This document shows, piece by piece, positions 10,973 through 20,578 of a stretch of 64,000 bases of DNA. The DNA comes from Candidatus Omnitrophota bacterium (GTDB taxonomy: Bacteria; Omnitrophota; Gorgyraeia; Zapsychrales; Fredricksoniimonadaceae). The position numbers and the translations under genes were made by a program. Every line of letters begins with the position of its first letter. The first letter of the stretch is position 1. The notes under the pieces are model-generated. The model saw only the letters and a program-made list of their open reading frames with translations. It made no database searches and was not told the origin of the DNA. The stretch covers positions 45,933 through 109,932 of the forward strand of contig CAJARJ010000018.1 in NCBI GenBank assembly GCA_903944345.1, read 5' to 3'.

Positions 10973-12493
10973 TTAAATCTTCTTAACCTGTCCGGCCAGG
11001 GGCAGCTCGACCGTAAAAACCGAACCGCCTTTCCCCCGGCTTTCCGCTTTAATATCTCCACCGTGACCACGGGCAATAGCCAGGGCAATACTTAACCCTA
11101 GGCCATTACCCGGATCCTCACAAGAATCCGGCCTGTCCCGGCGAAAGAATCGGTCGAACACCCTGGGAAGGATATCGGCAGCAATCCCGCAACCCGTGTC
11201 GCAGACCTGGGCATACAACCGTTCATCCCGTTGAACAGCAGAAAGAACGACCGCACCTCCCGCATCAGTAAAACGAACCGCGTTATGGATCAGATTGAAA
11301 AAAAGTCTGCGTAAATGCAGCCTGTCGGCCGAAACCAGCAAGGCACCCTCGGGCAAATGCAACGTGATCTCAATACCTTTCTCCTCGCCAAGAATGCTGG
11401 CCTGACCAGAAATCTCACGAAAGAAAGCACAAAAGTCAAACACTTCCCGCCTGAAAATATCCGGATGATAATCAAGCCTGGCCAAAAGCAGAAGATCCTC
11501 CACCGTCTTGAGCATACGCTTTGTTTCTTCAAGATTGACCTCAATGACCCTGCGGTATTCCTGCGGGGAGCGCTCCTTGCGCAAAGCCAGCTCGGATTCA
11601 CCACGCATGATCGCCAGTGGCGTACGCAGCTCGTGTGCCACCTGGGAACTAAACTCCTCAATATGCCGAAAAGACTTCTCCAGTCGCCCGATCATTTCGT
11701 TAAACGCCGCCACCAGCCGCCGCATCTCCTCGTTATTCCGGGGCGGAGCCAGACGCTCCCCCAGTTTACGATGACTAATACGTTCCGCCGCTCCGGTAAC
11801 GTCCAATACCGGCTGCAACATCTGCCCGGCGAAAAAACGACCAAGCAGAAACATAAACACAAAGACAAACGGAATACTGAGCAGGATAACCCACAAACGT
11901 GTCCGCAAAATCTGGACAACCGGACGCTGGGAGGTGGCAATCTGCAAAAACCGCAACTGTCCTGCAACCACAAAAGGCACAGAAATACCCCGCAACACCC
12001 GCTTCTTGTAATAAACATCGGCAAAAATTACCCCATCAGTCCGGCCAGAAGTTGGCAGTTTCCGCGCCAGCACAAGAAGCAAATCAGTAGACAACCTCCG
12101 GCTGCGCCCACGAACCTGCCCATCTTTCGTTGTCAGAAAAAGCAGGTCTTCCTGCATGTTCAATTTTCCAAAATACTGAGTCCAATAGAAATCCAGTTTA
12201 GCCAGCAGCTCAAGTCTAACATCTATGTCCTCGGGAAAATTAATCCGGTTAAATACGTAATCCACAACCCTGGGGGAGTCGCCAACAGCCCGGGCGTAAA
12301 GATCAATAACCTTCTGGGTGACCCTTGCCTTGTTTCGAAGCTCGCGATCCAGCTCCTCGTACAGACTTCTGGAAAGCCCCCAGTACAGAAAAAAAGCGTA
12401 CAACAACAGAACAAGGCCCAGAATAAGGGAGAAAAGGATGCTGATTCGGGAACGAAAGGAACTGATTCTCATGCCGGATTCGCAGGCAAGCAA
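10973..12493 (-). CDS. Two-component sensor histidine kinase (periplasmic sensor, HAMP, HisKA, HATPase_c)
   Basis: Two TM segments flank a periplasmic domain. H-box SSQVAHELRTPL; N, G1 and G2 boxes (NLIHNAVRF, DTGCGI, GNGLGLSIA). Confidence 0.85.
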   Translation of the reverse strand: MLACESGMRISSFRSRISILFSLILGLVLLLYAFFLYWGLSRSLYEELDRELRNKARVTQKVIDLYARAVGDSPRVVDYVFNRINFPEDIDVRLELLAKLDFYWTQYFGKLNMQEDLLFLTTKDGQVRGRSRRLSTDLLLVLARKLPTSGRTDGVIFADVYYKKRVLRGISVPFVVAGQLRFLQIATSQRPVVQILRTRLWVILLSIPFVFVFMFLLGRFFAGQMLQPVLDVTGAAERISHRKLGERLAPPRNNEEMRRLVAAFNEMIGRLEKSFRHIEEFSSQVAHELRTPLAIMRGESELALRKERSPQEYRRVIEVNLEETKRMLKTVEDLLLLARLDYHPDIFRREVFDFCAFFREISGQASILGEEKGIEITLHLPEGALLVSADRLHLRRLFFNLIHNAVRFTDAGGAVVLSAVQRDERLYAQVCDTGCGIAADILPRVFDRFFRRDRPDSCEDPGNGLGLSIALAIARGHGGDIKAESRGKGGSVFTVELPLAGQVKKI

Positions 12494-13146
12494 TAGCCGC
12501 GTCCGCGCACAGTGTGGATCAGCGAGGGGGTTTCATCAATATCGATCTTGTCGCGCAAATGCTTGATGTGCACATCAATCACATTGGTAAAGCTGTCGAA
12601 ATCTTCATTCCAGACCTGCTCGGAAATCATGGTACGGGTCACAACTTCATCTGCGTGCAGCATCAGGAACTCAAGCAAAGCGTATTCTTTGGCACTGAGC
12701 GTTATTTCTTTACCGGAGCGAAAGACCCTGCGCGACAGCTGGTTAAGCTCAAGGTTCTGCACACGTAAAACATTGGAAGCCGAACCGGAAGAGCGCCGCA
12801 GCAACGAACGAACCCTGGCCAGGAATTCATCGAAAGAAAAAGGCTTGGTCATGTAATCGTCGGCGCCGGAATCAAGGCCCGAAACCTTGTCAGCCACCGC
12901 GTCCCGGGCCGTCAGCATAAGGATCGGAGTGCGCACTGCTTTCCTGCGCAGTTCGCGACAGATAGAAATACCGTCACGCTCCGGCAGCATGATATCAAGC
13001 ACAATCAGGTTGTAAGGGTTTGTTTCCGCAAGAAACAGCCCTTGTTCGCCGTCAAACGCCAGATCCACCGCAAAGTTTTCCTCTTTTAACCCGCGCTGGA
13101 TAAAACTGGCGATTTTTTTCTCGTCCTCAATCACGAGAATTCGCAT
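12469..13146 (-). CDS. OmpR-family response regulator (REC + winged-helix)
   Basis: MRILVIEDE...LDIMLP receiver-domain motifs plus a C-terminal trans_reg_C domain (RVQNLELNQLSRRVFRSGKEITLSAKEYALLEFL). Overlaps the kinase gene by 25 nt. Confidence 0.9.
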   Translation of the reverse strand: MRILVIEDEKKIASFIQRGLKEENFAVDLAFDGEQGLFLAETNPYNLIVLDIMLPERDGISICRELRRKAVRTPILMLTARDAVADKVSGLDSGADDYMTKPFSFDEFLARVRSLLRRSSGSASNVLRVQNLELNQLSRRVFRSGKEITLSAKEYALLEFLMLHADEVVTRTMISEQVWNEDFDSFTNVIDVHIKHLRDKIDIDETPSLIHTVRGRGYCLPANPA

Positions 13147-13151
13147 ACAAT

Positions 13152-13769
13152 CTAACCTGTGAAAGCGGCCAGTGCTGTTTCAATCTGCACTCTTGCAGCA
13201 GAAAGAATTTCTGCTTCTTTCTCGGGGTAACGGTTTATGCCGGCAGCTGAAACGACGGCGGTCCGGTAACCCATAAATTCAAAAAGCTGCTTGCTCAGAC
13301 TCGAACTGTGATCAAGAGCGGACAAGTCACCTTCATAGGCTCCACCGCTGCTGGACACAATCAGCGCCTTGCGTGCCTTCATCAGTCCGGCATACCCTCC
13401 CTGAGAGATATCCCAGGTCTCACCTTTCTGCATGACAGAATCAAACCAGGCCTTGACCACCGCCGGCTGGGAGAAATTATACATAGGATACGCCAGAACC
13501 ACAATATCCGCACCCTTGAGTTGTGCGGTCATACGATCCATCTTTTTTAAATACTCCTGTTCGCGGGCATCCAGTTTCTGGCCAACATAATTTCTGTTAT
13601 AGTAGGCTGCGAGTCTTTCCGGCATAAGAAGATCCGGAACATCTTTGACCAGATCAAGCAAATCAACAACAACACCTTTCGACTTCAAAAGTCTCGCGGA
13701 ATAATCCGCGAGCTGCTTGGTACGGGAACGTTCCTGACGCGGACAATAAATAACAACCAAAGCTTTCAT
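13152..13769 (-). CDS. azoR: FMN-dependent NADH-azoreductase (AzoR/AcpD family, flavodoxin-like fold)
   Basis: MKALVVIYCPRQERS...VLAYPMYNFSQPAVVKAWFD matches the AzoR family. Start refined to ATG 13769, with an AAGGAGG RBS. Confidence 0.7.
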   Translation of the reverse strand: MKALVVIYCPRQERSRTKQLADYSARLLKSKGVVVDLLDLVKDVPDLLMPERLAAYYNRNYVGQKLDAREQEYLKKMDRMTAQLKGADIVVLAYPMYNFSQPAVVKAWFDSVMQKGETWDISQGGYAGLMKARKALIVSSSGGAYEGDLSALDHSSSLSKQLFEFMGYRTAVVSAAGINRYPEKEAEILSAARVQIETALAAFTG

Positions 13770-14443
13770 TGGGCCTCCTTGTATAAAGAAACTATTTCCG
13801 ACCACTCCTCCTCGGAATATTCGGGCTTGTCCGCAAAAAAACCATAATCGAGAATCTTGCCTTCCAGAGTTCCGCGACGAAACAGGCACCTTTCTCCAGA
13901 GCCAAGCATTTGCACGATTTCGCGAGCATCCTCTACACCCAGAATCGGCTTTAACGCGGTTGTTCGAAACTGATGCTCAACCCCCGAACGTTTAAGAAGC
14001 TCGATTGACGCCAGCGGCCTTGCTATGTCGCTCATAACACCAATAGCCTTACAATAATATTGCGGGGACGATTTGACATCCATGGCAACAAAATCAAGCA
14101 AACCCCGCTCCAGCAATCCTCGCAAAACCTCCGGAGATGAGCCATTAGTGTCGAGTTTGATCAGAAAACCCATAGACTTGACACGCTCAAGAAAAGAGCC
14201 AAGCCCGGCATGGAGGGTAGGTTCACCGCCAGTCACAACCACTCCCTGCAACTGTCCTCGACGCTTCTCCAGAAAGGAAAAAACATCCTGCGGAGCCAGA
14301 GAAGATTCAAAAAGTTCCGGCAAAACCAGTTCAGGATTATGGCAAAAGGGACAGCGGTAGTTACACCCTTGGGTGAAAACGACCGCTGCCACCTTTCCCG
14401 GATAATCAATTAATGAGAACTTGAGCAGGCCTCCGATGAGCAT
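13766..14443 (-). CDS. nrdG: Anaerobic ribonucleoside-triphosphate reductase activating protein (radical SAM)
   Basis: MLIGGLLKFSLIDYPGKVAAVVFTQGCNYRCPFCHNPELV is the canonical NrdG N-terminus and CX3CX2C motif. Start chosen at ATG 14443 (the ORF track extends to 14602); it overlaps the nrdD 3' end by 34 nt. Confidence 0.75.
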   Translation of the reverse strand: MLIGGLLKFSLIDYPGKVAAVVFTQGCNYRCPFCHNPELVLPELFESSLAPQDVFSFLEKRRGQLQGVVVTGGEPTLHAGLGSFLERVKSMGFLIKLDTNGSSPEVLRGLLERGLLDFVAMDVKSSPQYYCKAIGVMSDIARPLASIELLKRSGVEHQFRTTALKPILGVEDAREIVQMLGSGERCLFRRGTLEGKILDYGFFADKPEYSEEEWSEIVSLYKEAQ

Positions 14444-16539
14444 ACCTGATACGTCTTCCTTTGCGTAAATTCGGACTTTTTTCCCTTGTTCCACTGACTG
14501 ACCGGACGCAGATAACCGACAATGCGGGAATAAACCTCGCACTCGTTCTGGCATTTCGGACAATGCGCATGCTCGCCAACGATATAGCCGCAGGTCGGAC
14601 ACACACTGAAAGTCGGAGAGATCGTAAAATAAGGCAGACTGTACTTTGTGCAGACTGTTTTAACGAACGACTTGACCGCTTCGGTATTATCAATCCGCTC
14701 TCCGACGAAAACATGAATAACTGTCCCCCCGGTGTAGCGCGTCTGCAGGCTGTCCTGATGATCCAGCAACTCGAAAATATCATCCGTATGATGCACCGGA
14801 AGATGGGTTGAATTGGAATAAAAAGGATCCCCTCCGGCCGCTTCGCGGACGCAATCGCGTTTGAGATCCGGATAAAGATCCTTGTCCATGCGGGCCAGAC
14901 GATAAGACACCCCTTCGGCAGGCGTCGCTTCCAGATTGTAATTGCTTCCGGTCTCCTGCTGGAAGCGTACCAGAACCTTGCGCATGAAATCCAGCACATC
15001 CTCGGCAAACTTTTTACCGCGAGGAGTGGAAATGTTTTCGCCCAGGAAATTCAGGCAGCATTCGTTCATGCCCACCAGTCCGATTGTGGAAAAATGATTC
15101 TTCCAGTACTGCTCGAAACGCGATTTGACGCTGCGCAGGTAATACTTCATGTAAGGATAAAGATTGTCGTCGGTAAACTGCTCCAGAACCTTGCGCTTGA
15201 TCTCCATGCTCTCCTTGGCCAGAACCATCATGTGTTCCAGGCTGGCATAGAAAGTCTCTTCGTTCTTGCAGACATGGCCCAGACGGGGCATGTTGATTGT
15301 GACCACCCCGATAGATCCGGTCAAAGGGGACGCGCCAAACAGGCCGCCGCCGCGCATGTTAAGCTCACGATTATCAATTCGCAGACGACAACACATACTG
15401 CGAGCGTCCTCGGGACTCATGTCAGAATTGATATAGTTGGCAAAATATGGAATACCATACTTGCCGGCCATATCCCACAAAGGAGTCAGCTGCGGATTAT
15501 CCCAGTCAAAATCCTTGGTCACATTGTAGGTCGGAATCGGAAAAGTGAAAACGCGCCCCTTGGCATCCCCTTCGATCATGACTTCCAGAAAGGCCTTGTT
15601 AAACATGTCCATCTCGGCCTGGAACTCGCCGTAAACCTGATCCTGAACTTCTCCACCTACAATGACCCCCTTGTCCTTGTAATAGGAAGGAACCCGAACA
15701 TCCAGAGTCACATTAGTAAAAGGCGTCTGGAACCCAACCCGGGTCGGGACATTAACATTAAAAAGAAATTCCTGCAAAGCCTGACGGACATCCCTATAAG
15801 TCAGGCCGTCGTAACGGATAAAAGGGGCGAGCAAGGTATCAAAATTGGAGAACGCCTGGGCTCCGGCCGCTTCGCCCTGAAGCGTATAGAAAAAGTTAAC
15901 CACCTGTCCCAGCGCCGAGCGAAAATGCTTGGCCGGACGGCTTTCAGATTTGCCGGAAGCGCCTTTGAATCCCTGCATCAAAAGATCATACAAATCCCAG
16001 CCGACACAGTACACGCTGATGCTGTTAAGATCGTGAATATGAAAATCCCCGTTATGGTGGGCATCGCGAATCTCGGCCGGATAAATCTTGTTTAGCCAAT
16101 AGTCTTTGGAAATCTCGGAAGAAATATAATGATTGAGCCCCTGCAGGGAATACGCCATGTTGGAGTTTTCGTTAACTTTCCAGTCGCGGCGGGAAAGATA
16201 CTCATCAACAATACTTACATTAAAACGACCGGCAATCTCGCGCATGCGTGCATGCTGATCACGGTAAATAATGTAGGATTTGGCTGCCTTGCGATAGGGA
16301 GATGTCAACAGGACTTCTTCGACGATATCCTGTATCCCCTCGACCGTCGGCAGTCCGGTTGGATACGACTGCAAGGCAAGGTTAAGCACCCGGATTGTCA
16401 GCTTCTGGGCGGCTTCCTCGCCAAACTCTCCCGAAGCCTGGCCGGCTTTAAGAATAGCCCGGGCGATCTTGCCCGTTTCAAAAGCGACTTCAATTCCGTT
16501 GCGTTTGACAATCCGGTTAAAAATTTGCGTGGTGTGCAC
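14410..16539 (-). CDS. nrdD: Anaerobic ribonucleoside-triphosphate reductase, class III
   Basis: 709 aa with an N-terminal ATP-cone, a C-terminal glycyl-radical motif (SRIVGYLRPV) and the Zn-ribbon CPTCG...CPKC. Confidence 0.9.
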   Translation of the reverse strand: MHTTQIFNRIVKRNGIEVAFETGKIARAILKAGQASGEFGEEAAQKLTIRVLNLALQSYPTGLPTVEGIQDIVEEVLLTSPYRKAAKSYIIYRDQHARMREIAGRFNVSIVDEYLSRRDWKVNENSNMAYSLQGLNHYISSEISKDYWLNKIYPAEIRDAHHNGDFHIHDLNSISVYCVGWDLYDLLMQGFKGASGKSESRPAKHFRSALGQVVNFFYTLQGEAAGAQAFSNFDTLLAPFIRYDGLTYRDVRQALQEFLFNVNVPTRVGFQTPFTNVTLDVRVPSYYKDKGVIVGGEVQDQVYGEFQAEMDMFNKAFLEVMIEGDAKGRVFTFPIPTYNVTKDFDWDNPQLTPLWDMAGKYGIPYFANYINSDMSPEDARSMCCRLRIDNRELNMRGGGLFGASPLTGSIGVVTINMPRLGHVCKNEETFYASLEHMMVLAKESMEIKRKVLEQFTDDNLYPYMKYYLRSVKSRFEQYWKNHFSTIGLVGMNECCLNFLGENISTPRGKKFAEDVLDFMRKVLVRFQQETGSNYNLEATPAEGVSYRLARMDKDLYPDLKRDCVREAAGGDPFYSNSTHLPVHHTDDIFELLDHQDSLQTRYTGGTVIHVFVGERIDNTEAVKSFVKTVCTKYSLPYFTISPTFSVCPTCGYIVGEHAHCPKCQNECEVYSRIVGYLRPVSQWNKGKKSEFTQRKTYQVCSSEACSSSH

Positions 16540-16571
16540 TTTCCCTCCCTGTAGTTTGGGGTGTTAAACAA

Positions 16572-17357
16572 TCACTGCCGATACTGCCCATGACGTTTGC
16601 GCGTCGCCGCGTCGTCAAAAGGTTCGTACCGTCTTTTTTCTTCTTCATAAACCGACAAAACTTTCAGCCCCGAAAAAGCCCGCTTGATCAAAAACATCTG
16701 ACCTTCATCCAGCGGCTTGACCGGACTAGGCCGCAATGGCGTATTAAGCTGAACCTCATCCGGGGCAATCCGGCGCGCCATCCGGGCTATTTCTGCCGCA
16801 GAATCCTTGTTCGCTTCGGTCATCATGATCTGCAGGGCCATCCGGCCCTTGAATGTTTTTCTGAAATCCACCAAACCGGCCACTATTTTCTCAAGAGTGA
16901 TTCCGGGACAGGGAACATTGACAGCCTCAAAGGTTTTCTGATCCGCAGCTTCCAGCTTGAAAAGAACAAAATCTGCCTCTGCCAGGTCTAACCTGACCGC
17001 CGCATCCTGAATGGTGGACGAATTGGTGATAACTGCGGTCTTGAACGCAAAGCCGCTATGCACCGCCCGGATCATGGCGCCCAGATTGGCCGCAAGAGTC
17101 GGCTCACCATTACCGGAAAAAGTCACATAGTCAATACAAACATCTGCAGGCAGACCTTTAAGTTCGGATACTATATCCTCAACAGATACAAATACTTTGC
17201 GCTCAACACCAAAAGAATTGGCCGCGCCAAGCTGACAATACGAGCAGGCGAAATTACAATATTTACGCTCTGTATTAAGTGGATCAACCCCAAGAGACAT
17301 GCCCAGCCGCCAGGAATAAACCGGACCATAAATATACTTAAAGGCTGAAGCTGTCAT
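16572..17357 (-). CDS. Radical SAM protein of unknown function, first gene of the nrd operon
   Basis: CNFACSYCQLG (CX3CX2C) follows a YGPVYSWRLGMSLGVDP N-terminal motif. Sits 32 nt upstream of nrdD on the same strand. Confidence 0.65.
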   Translation of the reverse strand: MTASAFKYIYGPVYSWRLGMSLGVDPLNTERKYCNFACSYCQLGAANSFGVERKVFVSVEDIVSELKGLPADVCIDYVTFSGNGEPTLAANLGAMIRAVHSGFAFKTAVITNSSTIQDAAVRLDLAEADFVLFKLEAADQKTFEAVNVPCPGITLEKIVAGLVDFRKTFKGRMALQIMMTEANKDSAAEIARMARRIAPDEVQLNTPLRPSPVKPLDEGQMFLIKRAFSGLKVLSVYEEEKRRYEPFDDAATRKRHGQYRQ

Positions 17358-17431
17358 TTAAAACCTGTGTAATTGCAAGAGATGCAGCAAGAAATGTTGA
17401 AACGTCAAATCATGAACCTGGATTTTGATAA

Positions 17432-17479
17432 AAACTATATGTTGTTGCGGTCGCGCCTTTGCAACACAATATATAGTAT
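17432..17479 (-). promoter_or_regulatory. Tandem NrdR boxes (operator of the radical-SAM-nrdD-nrdG operon)
   Basis: ACACAATATATAGTAT (17464-17479) matches the NrdR box consensus acaCwAtATaTwGtgt at 15/16 positions. AAACTATATGTTGTTG (17432-17447) matches at 12/16. Box centres are 32 bp apart, the typical NrdR spacing. Located about 75-120 nt upstream of the radical SAM start. Confidence 0.55.
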
Positions 17480-17555
17480 AATCGCTGGAGATATTGTCAA
17501 TCTCTTTTCCTGAATTTATCCCGATTTTCAACAAACAAATTCGCAAAATCCCGGG

Positions 17556-18947
17556 CTATGGCCCGATTGCGGTTCCTCGCCGGGAGATATCACGAAAAAC
17601 GGATTGAGCCCACTGTTTGGCAATAGCATGATCAACCAGCAAAGGACAATATCCCGCACGCGCCAGCCTGAGGGGGTCATGGATGTCGACGGGCGATAAA
17701 TTTCCCAATTCCGGTAGCCATTTTTTAATATATTTTACCTCCGGGTCAAAACGGGTCTGTTGCAGCCAGGGATTAAAAATACGAAAGTACGGCTGATGAT
17801 CGCAGCCGGTCGAGGCCGCCCACTGCCAGTTACCATTATTAAGTGCAGGATCGTAATCGAGCAGCCGGGAGGCAAAATAACGCTCCCCCTTGCGCCAGTC
17901 AACGTGCAAATCTTTAACCAGAAAAGAGGCTGTGACCATGCGGCAGCGATTATGCATAAAACCGGTCGTATTAAGCTCCCTCATCCCGGCATCAACCAGA
18001 GGAAATCCAGTGCGCCCCTCGCACCAGGCTAAAAAGAAATCTTCCCTGTTCTCCCAGCGAATCGCGTCGTATTCAGGATAAAAAGCCCCTGTGAACACAT
18101 GCGGGAAATGCCAGGCAATATGAGTAAAAAAATCCCGCCAATAAAGCTGACGAATAAGCGGATGATCGTCACCTAATACGCGGGATATCGCCGCATGTGC
18201 TTCGCGCACAGAAAGCGTTCCGAATTTAAGGTGAGCCGAAAGACCACTGGTCGCGGCGAGCGCCGGGATATCCCGCCGGGAAGCGTAATCCTTCAGGTGC
18301 TCAAAATTTTTCAGAATCTTTATGACCTGAGCTCGACCGCCCAAGAAGGCCAGCCGCGGATTGTGTATCTCCCTGAGCTGACCCTCTTTATAACTATGAC
18401 GACTCGGGCACACCCCCCCTAAAAGAGTTCTTGCAGGAAAGCTTTCCGCCGGTAAAGGCGCAGCCTGGCTCAAAGCCTTGCGGTAAAACGGCGTAAAGAC
18501 TGTATACGGCCCACCGGCATCTCTGATCACCGATCCCGGCGGGAAAAGCAGAGTGTCATGCATTTGCTCACAGGTGCACCCGCACTCGGTGAGCCGTTGA
18601 CGCATGACAGCATCCCTGCGACAACTGAAAGGGGTATAATCCTGGTTCCAGAAAACCGCTTCTATTTTGTGTTCAGCGACAAGATCGGGTACGACATCCT
18701 CGGCCAGCCCGTAATAGAAATTAAGTCGGCCGCCTTTGTCAGCCAGGCTCCGCTCAAGATCGGCCAGGGATTGCCGCAGAAACTCGAAGGCATTGGGACT
18801 GAAATAATCGTGCGGTTCGCATTGCCTGGGATCAAAAATAAAAGCCGTAATGACCTGTCGCGAAACTTTCATGGCCCTGATCAAGGCCGTATTGTCGTCC
18901 AGGCGCAGGTCGCGGCGAAAGATAAAAAGAGAGCGAGCGTAAGCCAT
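17556..18947 (-). CDS. phrB: Deoxyribodipyrimidine photo-lyase (cryptochrome/photolyase family)
   Basis: FIFRRDLRLDDNTAL N-terminus, WRDFF motif, and FAD-binding region TGFPLVDAGMREL...NRCRMVTASFL...DYDPALNNGNWQW. Confidence 0.85.
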   Translation of the reverse strand: MAYARSLFIFRRDLRLDDNTALIRAMKVSRQVITAFIFDPRQCEPHDYFSPNAFEFLRQSLADLERSLADKGGRLNFYYGLAEDVVPDLVAEHKIEAVFWNQDYTPFSCRRDAVMRQRLTECGCTCEQMHDTLLFPPGSVIRDAGGPYTVFTPFYRKALSQAAPLPAESFPARTLLGGVCPSRHSYKEGQLREIHNPRLAFLGGRAQVIKILKNFEHLKDYASRRDIPALAATSGLSAHLKFGTLSVREAHAAISRVLGDDHPLIRQLYWRDFFTHIAWHFPHVFTGAFYPEYDAIRWENREDFFLAWCEGRTGFPLVDAGMRELNTTGFMHNRCRMVTASFLVKDLHVDWRKGERYFASRLLDYDPALNNGNWQWAASTGCDHQPYFRIFNPWLQQTRFDPEVKYIKKWLPELGNLSPVDIHDPLRLARAGYCPLLVDHAIAKQWAQSVFRDISRRGTAIGP

Positions 18948-18954
18948 GTCCGGA

Positions 18955-19992
18955 CTAAAGCCACCTTCTCTTGCGGAAATAGACGAGCATCCCCGCCGCC
19001 ACCGCCGACATCAACCCCAGTGCCCAGATGTAGCCAAAAGGCCAAAGCAATTCGGGCATGTTAAAAGGCGAAGCATGCGGGTTGAAATTCATTCCATAGA
19101 CTCCGGCAATAAAGGTCAGTGGCATAAAAATCGTGGCAATAATCGTGAGCACCTTCATAACCTCGTTGGTACGATAACTTACGGTAGAAAGATATATCTC
19201 CAGCATGCCCGAGGCGGTATCACGCAGCACCTCGATTTTGTCTGCCGCCTGGATAACATTATTATACAAATCTCGAAAATACACCTCCGTCGCCGGACGG
19301 ACGAGGACGGATTCACCCCGGGCCAGGGAATGCACGGCCTCGCGCAAAGGCCATACCGAACGGCGCAGGGTCAGAAAATCTTTCTTGAGGCGGCTCATCC
19401 GCTTGAGCAATCCCGGATCCGTCTTTTGAAAAAGCAGAGTATCCATGGCCTGTAAATCTTCACCGATCACATCAATTACGTCAAAATAACGCTCAACCAG
19501 CGCAGCCAAAAGAGCATGCAACAGATAATCTGCCCCCGCCTCGCGCAAACGCGCGTAGCCCGAACGCAGCCGCCGGCGGACCGGATCAAAGACATCTCCT
19601 TCCCTGCCTTCCTGGAAAGTGATCAGAAAATTATTACCCAATATAAAACTAACCTGCTCCTCCTGCAGACGGCTCTCTTTCCGGTCACGGGAAAGCATGC
19701 GGGCCAGCACAAAAACATGGCTGCCGTACTCAACCATGCGGGGGCGCTGATGCGCCTGGGTGATATCTTCCAGCATCAGGTGATGAACACCGTAAGCCTC
19801 TTCCAGACGGGCAAGAACATCGGGACAATCCAGCCCCTCCACATTGATCCAGGTGACTGTGGGCTTGTCGCGATAGGGGACACACTCCTCGACATCTTTG
19901 ACATCATGTTCACGCAAGGAGCTACCGTCATAATCCATAACGGTAATGCGAACAGGAGAGGCGGTTGTTTTTCGGGGTGGATGCGCGTTCAT
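18955..19992 (-). CDS. corA: Magnesium/cobalt transporter CorA
   Basis: Cytoplasmic domain plus two C-terminal TM helices with the YGMNF signature (AGVYGMNFNPHASPFNMPEL). Confidence 0.85.
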   Translation of the reverse strand: MNAHPPRKTTASPVRITVMDYDGSSLREHDVKDVEECVPYRDKPTVTWINVEGLDCPDVLARLEEAYGVHHLMLEDITQAHQRPRMVEYGSHVFVLARMLSRDRKESRLQEEQVSFILGNNFLITFQEGREGDVFDPVRRRLRSGYARLREAGADYLLHALLAALVERYFDVIDVIGEDLQAMDTLLFQKTDPGLLKRMSRLKKDFLTLRRSVWPLREAVHSLARGESVLVRPATEVYFRDLYNNVIQAADKIEVLRDTASGMLEIYLSTVSYRTNEVMKVLTIIATIFMPLTFIAGVYGMNFNPHASPFNMPELLWPFGYIWALGLMSAVAAGMLVYFRKRRWL

Positions 19993-20041
19993 GATGATTT
20001 GACTATAGCATTCCTGAACTCGTGGTCAAGCAAGGAAATGA

Positions 20042-20569
20042 CTAAGGATTTGTATGTCGATTGGAAGCAGCCGGGTCAAAACGCAACGCCGCTGAATTGA
20101 TGCAGAAACGGCGGCCTTCTGGAGCCGGGCCGTCTTCAAAAACATGCCCCAGGTGCCCGCCGCAAACCAGGCAATAGGCTTCCGTCCGGTGCATGCCGTG
20201 CGAGCGGTCTTCCCGCAACCCTATACTGCCTTCCGGTGCCGGGCGAAGGAAACTCGGCCACCCCGTACCGGAATCAAACTTGTCCTGCGACAAAAAGAGT
20301 GCCGTGCCGCAGGCCGCACAACGATAGACTCCGGGCTGGTGATGATCGGCATACACGCCGCTGAATGGCCGTTCCGTACCCCTTTCCCTCAGGACGCGGT
20401 ATTCCTCGGAAGAAAGCAGTTTCTTCCACTCATCCTCGGAACGCGACGCCGTCGGCCCCTTGGGCAAAGGACAAATTGCGTTTTGCACCACCCGGCTCTG
20501 TCCTGTCTTCATATCAGCACACCCCGCATAAAACAGCGTAACTATAACCAAAACAAAAACGGCATACAA
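20042..20569 (-). CDS. msrB: Peptide-methionine (R)-S-oxide reductase MsrB, probable lipoprotein
   Basis: HLGHVFEDGP and RRFCINSAALRF MsrB motifs with the two CxxC Zn-site pairs. N-terminal lipobox-like LFYAGCAD. Confidence 0.8.
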   Translation of the reverse strand: MYAVFVLVIVTLFYAGCADMKTGQSRVVQNAICPLPKGPTASRSEDEWKKLLSSEEYRVLRERGTERPFSGVYADHHQPGVYRCAACGTALFLSQDKFDSGTGWPSFLRPAPEGSIGLREDRSHGMHRTEAYCLVCGGHLGHVFEDGPAPEGRRFCINSAALRFDPAASNRHTNP

Positions 20570-20578
20570 TGCCCCCCA

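Noticed and set aside
11315-12496. Long plus-strand ORFs antisense to real genes (e.g. 11315..12496, 15094..16095, 20144..21148, 23836..24732, 27133..28572, 30675..31658, 40109..41137, 51319..52218)
   Set aside because: Each lies entirely within a strongly supported gene on the opposite strand (histidine kinase, nrdD, hydE, hydF, hndD, hndA/B, HprK-like, MBOAT). They show biased Q/R/S/P-rich composition typical of GC-rich antisense frames.
17473-17478. Plus-strand TATAAT hexamer with an upstream TTGCAA
   Set aside because: The spacer is 12 nt and there is no plus-strand gene downstream. The sequence is better explained as part of the NrdR box palindrome.
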